64,000 nt of DNA, taken from IMG/VR virus record IMGVR_UViG_3300022309_000001, positions 1-64,000 of that record. One strand, given 5' to 3'. The notes below the pieces were generated by a model. That model saw only the letters and a program-made list of their open reading frames with translations, was not told the DNA's origin and did not search any database. Position 1 is the stretch's first letter. Each line of letters begins with the position of its first letter. Source of the DNA: a virus. A program made the translations under genes and the position numbers. Of the stretch, positions 8,984 to 17,493 are shown piece by piece.

Positions 8984-9208
8984 TCACTCATCCTCGATGT
9001 AGCAGTTGGCGAAGTCCAGATCCGCACCATGTCCGGGGAACTCCGACTCGACGAGCGCCCGAGCCCACGTCTCGAAGTCCTTGCCAAAGGGATGATCGAA
9101 GCAAAAGCACTCCCGCTTCTCACCGTCGTCCTCGATGTTGATGACGTGTCCACAGCAGCCGCTATCGCAGCCGTACGTTCTGTGTAGGACGACGATCCGC
9201 TTGCTCAC
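8984..9208 (-). CDS. small Cys-rich protein
   Basis: GTGA coupling to the 9205..9525 gene; contains YGCDSGCCGH...CFCFDH. Confidence 0.45.
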   Translation of the reverse strand: MSKRIVVLHRTYGCDSGCCGHVINIEDDGEKRECFCFDHPFGKDFETWARALVESEFPGHGADLDFANCYIEDE

Positions 9209-9525
9209 GGCTGGCCGTCCAGCGTCGGCTCCACGTACTGCTTCCAGATCTCCTCGAACGTCAGTTCCGTCTCGCCTGGGCCAGCGCGGTTGATCGCGCA
9301 AGCATCCTCAGCCGACGTGCCGTCGATCCGCGATGTGCCCCACTCGCGCGCCCGCTCCAGTCGCATCGGCAGGTCCCTGAGCCCGGAGTTGCCGTGCTCT
9401 TCCTTGATGACCTCCTCGAGCTGCTTCTCTGTCATCGCTGGGCCACACGGAGCATCCCGCTCGCTATTCCACAGCAAGAAGCGCTCGACGCCCTGCCGCT
9501 CAAACCTGACGATGAAGTTGCCCAT
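9205..9525 (-). CDS. hypothetical protein
   Basis: 106 aa track ORF with high GC3. Confidence 0.5.
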   Translation of the reverse strand: MGNFIVRFERQGVERFLLWNSERDAPCGPAMTEKQLEEVIKEEHGNSGLRDLPMRLERAREWGTSRIDGTSAEDACAINRAGPGETELTFEEIWKQYVEPTLDGQP

Positions 9526-9558
9526 GGTCGCTCCCGCTGGTGCCGTTCGGATCCGTAG

Positions 9559-9861
9559 TCAGGGCGTCTGCTCGCCCATGATTCTGGCGATCAGCGCCAT
9601 GGCCGGGATGCTCCGGTGGGCACCGATCCGCTCGTTGTCGCATATGTCCTGAAGCATCCGGATCAACTCCTTGGAGCCAGCGATCAGCCTCGCGTTGGCC
9701 TTCGCCTCAGCCTGCCTTGCGTCGTAGTCAGCGCTCGAGTTCGGGACCGGACAGCGGCAGATCACGACCTTGCGCGTGGAGCGTGGCCGCGCCACCTCGC
9801 TGACAACCTGCGCCGCGTACGTATCTGAAGCCTCGATCTTCCACTCTCCATCCGTGAACAT
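9559..9861 (-). CDS. hypothetical protein
   Basis: 100 aa track ORF with high GC3. Confidence 0.5.
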   Translation of the reverse strand: MFTDGEWKIEASDTYAAQVVSEVARPRSTRKVVICRCPVPNSSADYDARQAEAKANARLIAGSKELIRMLQDICDNERIGAHRSIPAMALIARIMGEQTP

Positions 9862-9899
9862 TGACTCTCCCTTTCATCTAGCGGCCGTGACTCCGCCTG

Positions 9900-10223
9900 T
9901 CAGACCACAACCAGCCAACGTCCGGCGGCGCCAGTGCCCTCGGTCCGTGCAGTTGCCGCCGCAGTCTCAAGCTCCGCGGCCAACTCATGGATCATGCGAG
10001 CGATGCTTTCCAAGGCGGACACGCCAGCATCGTCAGCCGGAAGGCGCCCAAGCCTTCTGAGCGATTGCGAGTGAAGCAGCAACGCATCCGCAAGAGCATC
10101 CATGCCGTTCTGCGTGCCCGTTGGCCGTTGGCCATCCGCTACCGCGCCCACAGGAGGGCGCGCATCTGGGAAACCTGCGTCGGTCGTCACGGCGCGCTCC
10201 TTGTGGGCCGTCCCGCTATCCAT
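9900..10223 (-). CDS. hypothetical protein (apparently leaderless)
   Basis: ATG 10223 lies about 7 nt downstream of the TAGAGT -10 box at 10231-10236. The upstream part of the track ORF would overlap the promoter. Confidence 0.45.
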   Translation of the reverse strand: MDSGTAHKERAVTTDAGFPDARPPVGAVADGQRPTGTQNGMDALADALLLHSQSLRRLGRLPADDAGVSALESIARMIHELAAELETAAATARTEGTGAAGRWLVVV

Positions 10224-10230
10224 GCACGGC

Positions 10231-10259
10231 ACTCTACAGACAAGCCGCCGGGCTGACAA
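10231..10259 (-). promoter_or_regulatory. sigma70-type promoter TTGTCA-N17-TAGAGT
   Basis: The minus strand reads TTGTCA, a 17-nt spacer, then TAGAGT. Located in the gap between the 10281 gene and the 9900 gene. Confidence 0.5.
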
Positions 10260-10280
10260 GTCTATTCTCCCGCTGGAGGC

Positions 10281-10814
10281 TCAAGGTGCCATGCGGAGCG
10301 TGGCCTCGGCATCCAGGTCTACCGCGTAAGTCTGTCCGTCCGTGGCGACGATGAAGCCTGGCAGCCCGAACTGCTTCATGTCGTGCCTGATGTGTGCGCC
10401 GTCGCGGTACGGCCCGTACATCCGGCCTTCCCACAACCCGGACTCCTCGCGCGGGTGCCTGCCGCCAGGGCGACCTCCATTGATCGTCGTGGAGCCGATT
10501 GGAACGAAGACGACGCAATCTTTCGTTCCGTCGCAGTGAGGGCCTCCGCTCCTGGCTGTGAGGTGCCGGTAGACGAGACAGTACAGCGCCTCGGTGCTGT
10601 AGCCGTCGCGGTCAAGCGAGCGATAGCGGATCTCCAGACGCGGAACCGGAAGAGCTGGAGATGGGTCGGCGGCGTGGATCCGATGCCGCGTCCAAGACCA
10701 TGCCTCGGCGTCATCGCGCTCCTGAAGCTGCTGCTCTAGCCTGTCAATTTTCCTCTGCTTCTTCCGGAGAAGCGATTCCAGCCGCTCCAACGCCTGCTCG
10801 ACTGCGGTGCTCAT
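10281..10814 (-). CDS. hypothetical protein with N-terminal coiled coil
   Basis: 177 aa; ATGA coupling to the upstream gene. Confidence 0.55.
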   Translation of the reverse strand: MSTAVEQALERLESLLRKKQRKIDRLEQQLQERDDAEAWSWTRHRIHAADPSPALPVPRLEIRYRSLDRDGYSTEALYCLVYRHLTARSGGPHCDGTKDCVVFVPIGSTTINGGRPGGRHPREESGLWEGRMYGPYRDGAHIRHDMKQFGLPGFIVATDGQTYAVDLDAEATLRMAP

Positions 10815-12592
10815 GGGTTCCCCTTGTTATGGCCGGTGTCTGTCTCCTGGCGGTGCGCTTCGACGCGCTCACGGCAGGCGTCCGGGTCCTCGCTGCCGCA
10901 CGGGATGTGGGCGCCGCAGCGAGTGCAGCCGTGGACGTGCTCCCTCGGGGCTGGCGCGGCCCCCGATCCGACAGGTGCCGTAGACCTAGCTGCCTCGCGC
11001 GCCGTACAGTCCGCGCACTGCGTCTCGGTCCCGTAGACGTTGAAGTCGTGGCACTTGGGGCAGATGCCAGGCTCAACTCGCGGGCGGTTGGCAACGGTGG
11101 GCGTGGCGCCCGCGTCAACAGTCCGCGCACCAGGGTCGATCTCCAGCCAGGCTTCAAGCGCCTTGTAAACCTCGATGAGGATCCGGGTCCGATTTGCCTG
11201 CGTCTTAGGAGGCTCGTCCAGCCAGTCGTCGAGCGCGGTCACGGCCGCAAACAGCGCGCGCCCACGGGTCCGCCAGTCGGCTCCGGCGTCGCATGGACGC
11301 GGCTCGAACGCGACCGCCTCGCTGCACGCCTCCCGGTGCGTGTCGGCGAACTCCAGCACCGGCACATCGCCGTCATCGTACTGAAGCACGTGGTCCGACT
11401 TTGCCCACTCGCGGATCTGCTCCCAGCCATCCTCGCTGTCCCGCAGCGCTGACTCCATCCTCTGCACGCGGGCGCGCAGGGCGTCGAGCGTGCTGTCCGG
11501 GCGCTCCTTCACCAGCTTCAGCACCCGCCTCAGCGCCGCAACCGCCCCGGGGATGGCCGGCGCGGCGGTGTTCCTGTCGCCGTTCTGCTCGTCCCAGGTC
11601 CACAGGAAACCCTCGACGACCCGGAGGAGGTCATCGGCCGGCGGCGTGGCGTCGTCCTGGCCTGCGGCGGCGAACCTCGACGGGCTCCAGTCGCAAGGCC
11701 CAGCGTCCTTGTAGCTGGGTCCGAGAAGCCACTTGCACCTCGAGGAGTGCCGGCAGTCGCGGCACGGGCGCGCGCCTTCGTCTGTCCGAGGCTGGGCTGG
11801 CACGTCTTTGCACTCCCTCTTAGCTGCTGCAAGCGCAACAAGGAGAACGTGCACGTCCTTCTGCGCCAGAGACGGACCGTCGTAGGCGTAGTACCGCAAG
11901 CCGCGCGCACGCTTCTGGATTGTTTCCAACATCCCGTCGCCAGATGGCGCCTGCTCGGCCTCGCATCGTCTGAGCGCCTCGAGTATGACTGCATCGGTCG
12001 CGGCCTTGTCGGCCAATTCGGTCGCTCCGGCCGCCCTGTCCGCGTCGGTGACGTACTCGCCACGCAACAGACCGTAGAACTCCCTTTCCCTCTGCTGAGC
12101 GGCTGGGCCAATCTCCTGGTGTCCCCACCTGGTGAGCCCAGCCCGCCGGGCGGCGAAATCCAGCCGCTCGCCCATCAGTCGGCGTTCCAGTCCCCTCGCT
12201 TGCTCCCGCGCCTCGTCCCGCTGCTTCCGGAGCCCCTCAAGCGCCTCCAGGACCGCCGCCGAGTGCGAGACGTAGCTGCCGTCCTCTCGCTGGTGCTGCG
12301 GCCCCCACTCGTCCAGTACGTTGGCAACCCTGCCAAGCTCGGCCACCGCGCGGTTGCGCTCGCTCTCCATGTGCCCGAAAACCAGGCCGTGCTTCTTCTC
12401 TTGGCGCTCGGCCTCCAGGAGTCGCGCCTGCGCTTCGTCGCGCTCCTGCCGCAATGCCGTCATCTGCTCGCCCAACTCGAACGCCCGTGCAGCGTCCCGC
12501 TCGGCGGCCACGCTGGCTGCGCGCTTCGGTGTGGCCTTGCGCGGCTTCTCCGGCTTCTTCTTGCGCGTCGTCATCATCCCTCCTACATGCAC
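10811..12592 (-). CDS. large coiled-coil protein with C-terminal zinc-ribbon-like motifs
   Basis: 593 aa, basic N-terminus, long Ala/Arg/Glu-rich helices. C-terminus has CPKCHD...CADC and CTRCGAHIPC. The start may instead be ATG 12577. Confidence 0.6.
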   Translation of the reverse strand: MHVGGMMTTRKKKPEKPRKATPKRAASVAAERDAARAFELGEQMTALRQERDEAQARLLEAERQEKKHGLVFGHMESERNRAVAELGRVANVLDEWGPQHQREDGSYVSHSAAVLEALEGLRKQRDEAREQARGLERRLMGERLDFAARRAGLTRWGHQEIGPAAQQREREFYGLLRGEYVTDADRAAGATELADKAATDAVILEALRRCEAEQAPSGDGMLETIQKRARGLRYYAYDGPSLAQKDVHVLLVALAAAKRECKDVPAQPRTDEGARPCRDCRHSSRCKWLLGPSYKDAGPCDWSPSRFAAAGQDDATPPADDLLRVVEGFLWTWDEQNGDRNTAAPAIPGAVAALRRVLKLVKERPDSTLDALRARVQRMESALRDSEDGWEQIREWAKSDHVLQYDDGDVPVLEFADTHREACSEAVAFEPRPCDAGADWRTRGRALFAAVTALDDWLDEPPKTQANRTRILIEVYKALEAWLEIDPGARTVDAGATPTVANRPRVEPGICPKCHDFNVYGTETQCADCTAREAARSTAPVGSGAAPAPREHVHGCTRCGAHIPCGSEDPDACRERVEAHRQETDTGHNKGNP

Positions 12593-12601
12593 TAGCGGCG
12601 C

Positions 12602-12630
12602 ACTCTACCGTCAAGCTGCGCCAGCGTCAA
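12602..12630 (-). promoter_or_regulatory. sigma70-type promoter TTGACG-N17-TAGAGT
   Basis: The minus strand reads TTGACG, a 17-nt spacer, then TAGAGT, ending about 10 nt upstream of the 12592 start. Confidence 0.5.
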
Positions 12631-12706
12631 GCCTCTTACGCATTGCGGTTGACCCTGGCCAAGCGCCCGGCTAGCCGCAACGTCGTCCGCCCGGTAGACT
12701 GCCGGC

Positions 12707-12853
12707 ATGCGCGCGGAACTCGCACACCGGCTGGAGTCCATGACTGCCCTGGAAGTCCAGGCCCTGGTCATCGCCGTTGGGCTGTGGATCATCCTGGGCC
12801 TGGCGGCGTGGCTAGCCACCAGGGCGCTCAGGGTGGCCGGGTGGCTCCGCTAG
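12707..12853 (+). CDS. unlisted 48-aa single-TM peptide on the opposite strand
   Basis: ATG 12707 to TAG 12853: MRAELAHRLESMTALEVQALVIAVGLWIILGLAAWLATRALRVAGWLR. High GC3. TAGACT hexamer 7 nt upstream. Not in the ORF track (under 60 aa). Confidence 0.3.
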   Translation: MRAELAHRLESMTALEVQALVIAVGLWIILGLAAWLATRALRVAGWLR

Positions 12854-13080
12854 CACGCCGCGATGGCCCGCCGCACCTCCGCGTCAATCCGGTGGACGCC
12901 GCCGTTGCGGTTCCGGTAGCGGATGCGCTCAGCCCTCTGGCGCCTGGAGACGATGCCAGGCTCCACCGACTTGGGCGTGAGGTACGGCGCAAGCACGCGC
13001 GTACCCTCCCGCCCGAAGCCATCGTTCTTGGACCTCGCCCCACAGACGGGGCACATCACCACCGCATCATGTCCTGCCAT
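12850..13080 (-). CDS. small zinc-ribbon protein
   Basis: 76 aa with an N-terminal CPVCG motif and a basic C-terminus. Confidence 0.5.
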   Translation of the reverse strand: MAGHDAVVMCPVCGARSKNDGFGREGTRVLAPYLTPKSVEPGIVSRRQRAERIRYRNRNGGVHRIDAEVRRAIAAC

Positions 13081-13112
13081 TGCTTCCCTCCGTGCGCCAA
13101 TCGGCGCAGCGT

Positions 13113-13394
13113 CTACAGCACCTCGAACAGCCTGGCCCCGTACTCGCGTGCGCGGTCAAGCGCGCCGGGGAAGTCGTCGGCCACCAGGTGCCCGGCCGGC
13201 TCTCCGGTGTCGCTGACGTACGTGGCCCTCCACTTCCCCAGCCGCTCCGGGTATGTGTCCAGGTGGACCACCACCGAGCCGCAGCGGCACCGAAACGCCA
13301 TCGGCGCAGGGCGCTCGGCCAGCCGGCGCACCAGCCTGCGCGTCCAGCGCGCCTCGACGGCCCAGGGCTGGTGACGCCATGCCCTCGGAGTCAT
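13113..13394 (-). CDS. hypothetical protein
   Basis: 93 aa; ATGA coupling to the upstream gene. Confidence 0.5.
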   Translation of the reverse strand: MTPRAWRHQPWAVEARWTRRLVRRLAERPAPMAFRCRCGSVVVHLDTYPERLGKWRATYVSDTGEPAGHLVADDFPGALDRAREYGARLFEVL

Positions 13395-13681
13395 GGCGTC
13401 GGCTCCATCGGCTCCACTTCTCTGCTCGGACGGGCTGTCGACAGGCTGTGCGTGACGGCCCTATAGCGCTCGATCTCGCACATCGCCCGATCCCGCCACG
13501 CCCTCATCACGTCCTCCGGTGCTGGAGGATGGCGGCAGAGCCCACCCTCCGGAACACCGCACACCGGACACCGAAAGCGCGGGCTGGAGCGCCGCAGGAT
13601 CCACCTACCAAGCCCATCCAGTCGCCTCCCGAGGCGCATCAGGAAGCTCCCGAGACGCCAGAGAAAGGGACGGAAGAACAT
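13391..13681 (-). CDS. hypothetical protein with CPVCG motif
   Basis: Internal ATG 13681 of track ORF 13391..13927, chosen because the upstream part overlaps the ATPase gene. Confidence 0.45.
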   Translation of the reverse strand: MFFRPFLWRLGSFLMRLGRRLDGLGRWILRRSSPRFRCPVCGVPEGGLCRHPPAPEDVMRAWRDRAMCEIERYRAVTHSLSTARPSREVEPMEPTP

Positions 13682-13701
13682 CGCCCGATCCGCGTCGGGC
13701 T

Positions 13702-15084
13702 TCACTTGGCCTTCTCCTCTCCAGTCTTGTCCACCGGCTTGCCGTCCACCTTCACTACCTCGCCGTCCTCGAAGACGATGCCCACGTCGCCGTCGCCCAC
13801 CACCTCGAGGAACACCTGCACGCCGTGCTCGGCAGCCATCCTGGCCACCGCTTCGAGCGCGCCTTTGCCCAACAGCGAGGCGTTCGGGATGGGCACCACT
13901 CCCAGCCGGGGATGCTCGGCCAGCCACAGCGCGAAGGCGACCAGAATCTTCTTCGCCTGGCTCGCCTGCTCGAACGGCAGGCCGTTCAGCGTCACGCCGT
14001 CATCGGTGAAGCCCAACCCGTCCACCGGCAGCTTGGCAGCGGCCAGCATGTCGGCCTTCTCCTTGTCCACCGCCTTGATCTGCTCGGTCAGGGCGGCGGA
14101 CTGCGCGCGCAGATCCTCCAGCTCCTTGGCAAGCGTCGCCTTGGCCTCGGCGGCGTCCACTGCCTTGTTGGCGGACTCTGCGCTGGCGAGTTGAGCGGCC
14201 ACGGCTTCAAGTTCGGGCTGCACATCAACACACCCGGAAGCATCTTCCTCCGTAGTCGATTGCAGCGTCCTTGCATCAAGGAGGAGCGCCCGATGGGCGT
14301 CAAGGGTCTTCTGTCGGTCGGCCAGCTTCGCTCGTGCCTCATCAAGCGCAACCTCGGCCCTCCTGACATCGGCCTCCGCAAGCTGGAATTTCTCCTCAGT
14401 GCGCCTGACATCCATGCGGGCAGATTCCGCACGAGCCATCATCGCAAGACGACGGTCCTTGGAAGCCAGCAATTCCCTCTGCCGCTCCAGCACCTCGGCC
14501 ACGTCGACCCGCTTCGCGTCCGGCACCACCTTGATGGCGTCGTGCCTGGAGAGCGTGGCCTTGCCGTTGTTGTTGACGGTCGTGCGCTGGCCGTACAGCG
14601 CCTCGCGCTTGGCGTCGAGTTCTGTGAAGTTCAGCTTCGCGGCGCTCCGGAGGATTTCGATCTGCTCCGCTGGCTTCTTGGTGATGAAGCCGCCCGGGTC
14701 GAACCGCAGCGGCCCAAGCCAGCCGTCTAGGATGGCCTGCGGCGTGCTGTACTTCGCTCCGTCTGCGCTGCGCACCTGGACCGTCGTGCCTTTCTCGGTG
14801 ATGACGCGCTCGACCACCAGCCCATCGGGCGCGAACTTGCCGGTGATGCGGGCGCGCTTGGCACCCTTGTTGATGGGCACCGGGGGAAGCGCATCCTTGC
14901 CCCCGACCAACCCATGGATCGCGTCGAGAACGCTGGACTTCCCGGCTTCGTTGTCGCCCCGCAGATGTACCAGCTTCCCGCCTTGCTCCAACTCGAGCAG
15001 CGCCACCTTGATGCGTTTGAAGTTCTCAATCTCGAGGCTAGTCAGCGTCAACGGCCCCTTCTTCGCGTCGCCATCCTTCGTCAT
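13702..15084 (-). CDS. Rad50/SbcC/SMC-like AAA ATPase
   Basis: N-terminal LEIENFKRIK...LRGDNEAGKSSVLDAI (Walker A), central coiled coil, C-terminal ABC-type module. ATGA-coupled start at 15084. Confidence 0.7.
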   Translation of the reverse strand: MTKDGDAKKGPLTLTSLEIENFKRIKVALLELEQGGKLVHLRGDNEAGKSSVLDAIHGLVGGKDALPPVPINKGAKRARITGKFAPDGLVVERVITEKGTTVQVRSADGAKYSTPQAILDGWLGPLRFDPGGFITKKPAEQIEILRSAAKLNFTELDAKREALYGQRTTVNNNGKATLSRHDAIKVVPDAKRVDVAEVLERQRELLASKDRRLAMMARAESARMDVRRTEEKFQLAEADVRRAEVALDEARAKLADRQKTLDAHRALLLDARTLQSTTEEDASGCVDVQPELEAVAAQLASAESANKAVDAAEAKATLAKELEDLRAQSAALTEQIKAVDKEKADMLAAAKLPVDGLGFTDDGVTLNGLPFEQASQAKKILVAFALWLAEHPRLGVVPIPNASLLGKGALEAVARMAAEHGVQVFLEVVGDGDVGIVFEDGEVVKVDGKPVDKTGEEKAK

Positions 15085-15365
15085 GCTCCCTCCTCGAACT
15101 GGAACTCCAGCACCTCTCGCATCCACTCTGACTGCGAGACACCGCCCTGCTCAGCGGCCTCTGCTACTCGCCCGGCCAACTCCGCCGAGGCGTGCACCGT
15201 CAGTTTCACCGCACCTTCGCCCAGCCCCTCGTCCACCTCAGAGCCACGCCTGGCCCGCTGGTAGTGGCGGTCGCACATCCCAGCCGCCACCACCGGGCGC
15301 TGGCAGTCCTGCCCATCGTCATCCGGGACTATGCACTGCTGGGGACTCCACTCGCTCTGCTCCAC
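15081..15365 (-). CDS. zinc-finger plus ribbon-helix-helix DNA-binding protein
   Basis: GTG 15365 after GGGAGG. C..x..C...GMCDRHYQRARRG, then an RHH-like VKLTVHASAELAGRVAEAAEQGGVSQSEWMREVL. Start is uncertain (see findings). Confidence 0.5.
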   Translation of the reverse strand: MEQSEWSPQQCIVPDDDGQDCQRPVVAAGMCDRHYQRARRGSEVDEGLGEGAVKLTVHASAELAGRVAEAAEQGGVSQSEWMREVLEFQFEEGA

Positions 15366-15529
15366 GCTCGACCTCCCGAACGCCCCAGAGCCGCGCGGCA
15401 TGCCACCGGCCGAAGCTGCCACGCCGCATCGCCGCCGCCAGCCCGTCCAGCACAACAGACCGCACGCCCTGGGTGTCGCTCATTGCTCCCTCCATGTTGG
15501 GCCGCGTCCCCAGCGGCCGACAGGCAAGC

Positions 15530-15558
15530 ACTCTACGGGCTAGCTGTGGCGTTGTCAA
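15530..15558 (-). promoter_or_regulatory. sigma70-type promoter TTGACA-N17-TAGAGT (leftward)
   Basis: Perfect -35 box, 17-nt spacer, TAGAGT on the minus strand, upstream of the 15483/15365 starts. Confidence 0.55.
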
Positions 15559-15764
15559 GCAGGAAAAATGGGGCCGCCGTCCAGGTGCGCCGGAGGGGTT
15601 GAGCTGCCTGGCGGCGGCCCCGGGGCGGCCGCTCGCGAGCGCAATGCGGCCACCGGCCTCCACTATGCCCGGCACCAGGGGCCTGCGCAACCTCCATGCC
15701 CGGGTCCGCCAGCAGCCAGACCTGACAGCAAACCGCGCGAAAGCCGCCCAATGCGCAATAGCGC

Positions 15765-15793
15765 TTGACGCCAGCGGGGCGCTGTGGTAGAGC
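15765..15793 (+). promoter_or_regulatory. sigma70-type promoter TTGACG-N17-TAGAGC (rightward)
   Basis: Hexamers with a 17-nt spacer, 29 nt upstream of the GGAGGGAG ribosome-binding site and TTG start at 15822. Confidence 0.45.
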
Positions 15794-15821
15794 TGGCCGA
15801 ACACTCACCGGAGGGAGCACC

Positions 15822-16178
15822 TTGGCAGGACATCTGAAGGCGGAGACGTTTGGGTTGCGCGCTGGGCCTGGCGGGGCGGCGTGCGGCGGCTATGTGGAGG
15901 GCGATACGATCAGCACCAGGCGCACCGAGGACGTGACGTGCGCGGCGTGCTGGCAGGCATACGCTGCCGACCGAGCGGTGCTGCTGGCGGCGGAGCGCGT
16001 GGACAACGACAGGACGTGGGACCTGTTCTCACAGGCGCTCGGGGAGGCTGGCCTCGAGATAGCTATGCTGGAGGAGCAACTCACCGAGGCGCGCCAGGTC
16101 ACGCCGGCACCGGAGGTGTGCGCCCAGGACGCAGCCAGCCAGGCTGTCCCCGGCAACGGAGTCGGCCATGGCGCCTAA
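15822..16178 (+). CDS. hypothetical protein with CGG...CAAC motif
   Basis: TTG 15822 after GGAGGGAGCAC. The track ORF start 15765 coincides with the promoter -35 box. Confidence 0.45.
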   Translation: MAGHLKAETFGLRAGPGGAACGGYVEGDTISTRRTEDVTCAACWQAYAADRAVLLAAERVDNDRTWDLFSQALGEAGLEIAMLEEQLTEARQVTPAPEVCAQDAASQAVPGNGVGHGA

Positions 16179-16407
16179 GCGGACTGGACTGGAGGTCAAG
16201 CGCGCGCTCCAGGAGCAAAGCAAGCTGATGCGCGAGGCGGCCGAGTATCGGCGCAGGCGCATCGTCGCCAAGGTGCGCGAGGGGCTTCCAGCCAGAATCA
16301 TCTCCGAGATGTACGGCATCGAGGCCAAGCGCGTGCTGAACCTGGCCCGCAGTCTCGGCGTCCGGCTGGCGGATCCGCGCGAGTGGTACGGATTGGATCC
16401 GGCCTAG
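16168..16407 (+). CDS. small helix-turn-helix protein
   Basis: 79 aa. GLPARIISEMYGIEAKRVLNLARSLGVRL is HTH-like and paralogous to 40679..40861. Confidence 0.5.
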   Translation: MAPKRTGLEVKRALQEQSKLMREAAEYRRRRIVAKVREGLPARIISEMYGIEAKRVLNLARSLGVRLADPREWYGLDPA

Positions 16408-16409
16408 CC

Positions 16410-16628
16410 ATGGCGAAGCTGCTACCGCACAACATCGCGCTGCGTCCAGATCAGCACAACCGCTTGCTGGTGCTCGTCGGGCGCGGGCGCATGTCCCGTT
16501 TCGTGCGCCGTGGGGTCGACATGGTGCTGGCAGACCTGGAGTGTCAGGCCCGGCTGGCACGCAACCCAGACAGCAACACGGATCTCCTGGCTGCCCCGGC
16601 CAGCTCGGCGTACTTGGCGGAGTCGTAG
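16410..16628 (+). CDS. ribbon-helix-helix (CopG/Arc-like) protein
   Basis: ATG 16410. LLPHNIALRPDQHNRLLVLVGRGRMSRFVRRGVDMVLADLE fits a beta-strand plus two helices. 3' end overlaps convergent gene 16544..16915. Confidence 0.5.
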   Translation: MAKLLPHNIALRPDQHNRLLVLVGRGRMSRFVRRGVDMVLADLECQARLARNPDSNTDLLAAPASSAYLAES

Positions 16629-16915
16629 CGCCGTCCCGCGCTCCGGTCCGCGGCCTCTGCGTTGTCCCAGGCGTGACTCCACGCCTGGTCAGCGTCGAGG
16701 CCGAGTTGCATCCAGCGCAGCTCGTCTTCGTCCGCCGGCTCAAGGCGCCAAGCCTGCCAGCGTTCGCACAACTCAGACAGCGCCTCGCGACTTGCCCCGG
16801 CGCGCTCTAGGACTGCGCTCCTGGACAGCAACGGCTGCGGGCATCCCCACATCAGCAACTCGTCGCCTGCCAGGTAGCGCTCGGCGATGTCGCGCGTCAG
16901 ATCTCCAAAGCGCAT
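16544..16915 (-). CDS. hypothetical protein (last gene of the leftward early operon)
   Basis: 123 aa track ORF. Confidence 0.5.
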   Translation of the reverse strand: MRFGDLTRDIAERYLAGDELLMWGCPQPLLSRSAVLERAGASREALSELCERWQAWRLEPADEDELRWMQLGLDADQAWSHAWDNAEAADRSAGRRYDSAKYAELAGAARRSVLLSGLRASRA

Positions 16916-17011
16916 GATGCCTCACTGGTAAGCGACGCCCCGCCGCCGGACACCCGCTGGAGGGTGCCGGATGCCGGCGGCGAGACGCCCGGAACGCGCC
17001 ACGTGGGGGGA

Positions 17012-17290
17012 CTAGACGCGCTCCGTTTCCTTGTCAGCCCGTTTCTCAAGCTCGGCTGCCAGCCGCGCCGACTGCTTGCCGAGCCAGTCGCACAACCGCT
17101 CCTCCATCTTCTGGGCGCATGCGTCGGGCGTCCGAGCCCGGACATCAACGACTGGGATCAACGTCGAGCTTCCGGCCCAGAGCCCGTCATGCGTCGGGGT
17201 TGCCCACAGCCGCACCCAAGGGTTGAACCGGCTACCGATGGCGCGCACGTAGCCTCCGCGCCCGTCTGGCTTCCAGCCCTTGCGCCTCAT
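17012..17290 (-). CDS. hypothetical protein
   Basis: 92 aa; ATGA coupling to the upstream gene. Confidence 0.5.
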   Translation of the reverse strand: MRRKGWKPDGRGGYVRAIGSRFNPWVRLWATPTHDGLWAGSSTLIPVVDVRARTPDACAQKMEERLCDWLGKQSARLAAELEKRADKETERV

Positions 17291-17493
17291 GGCTGCAACT
17301 CCACGATTCGGAGATCTCCCATCATGGCCAGGCCCTTCGGCACCCTCGGGAACCAGCTAGCGGCGATGGAGTCCGAGCGCCACGTCTTCGCGCGAGTCTC
17401 CATCGTCGTCCACGGCTTCCGCTTGCTGCCGGTCCAGTAGAACCTCGTCGCGCCGACGTAGCCGACGATGGCGAACTTGCGGCCCGCGCTCAT
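17287..17493 (-). CDS. hypothetical protein
   Basis: ATG 17493 chosen for ATGA coupling with the upstream stop at 17490. Confidence 0.45.
   Translation of the reverse strand: MSAGRKFAIVGYVGATRFYWTGSKRKPWTTMETRAKTWRSDSIAASWFPRVPKGLAMMGDLRIVELQP

Noticed and set aside
13702-15084. Rad50/SMC-like ATPase as part of an OLD/Septu/PARIS-type defence pair
   Set aside because: No adjacent nuclease or TOPRIM partner is visible. The genomic context (single-strand annealing protein, RusA and replication genes in the early operons) fits phage recombination better. A defence role cannot be excluded without profile searches.
15559-15764. ORF 15568-15768 (66 aa) or a structured RNA in the 200-bp spacer between the divergent promoters
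   Set aside because: The peptide is Pro/Gly/Ala/Arg low-complexity with no ribosome-binding site. I could not derive a convincing conserved secondary structure by eye. The region is left as an unexplained GC-rich spacer.
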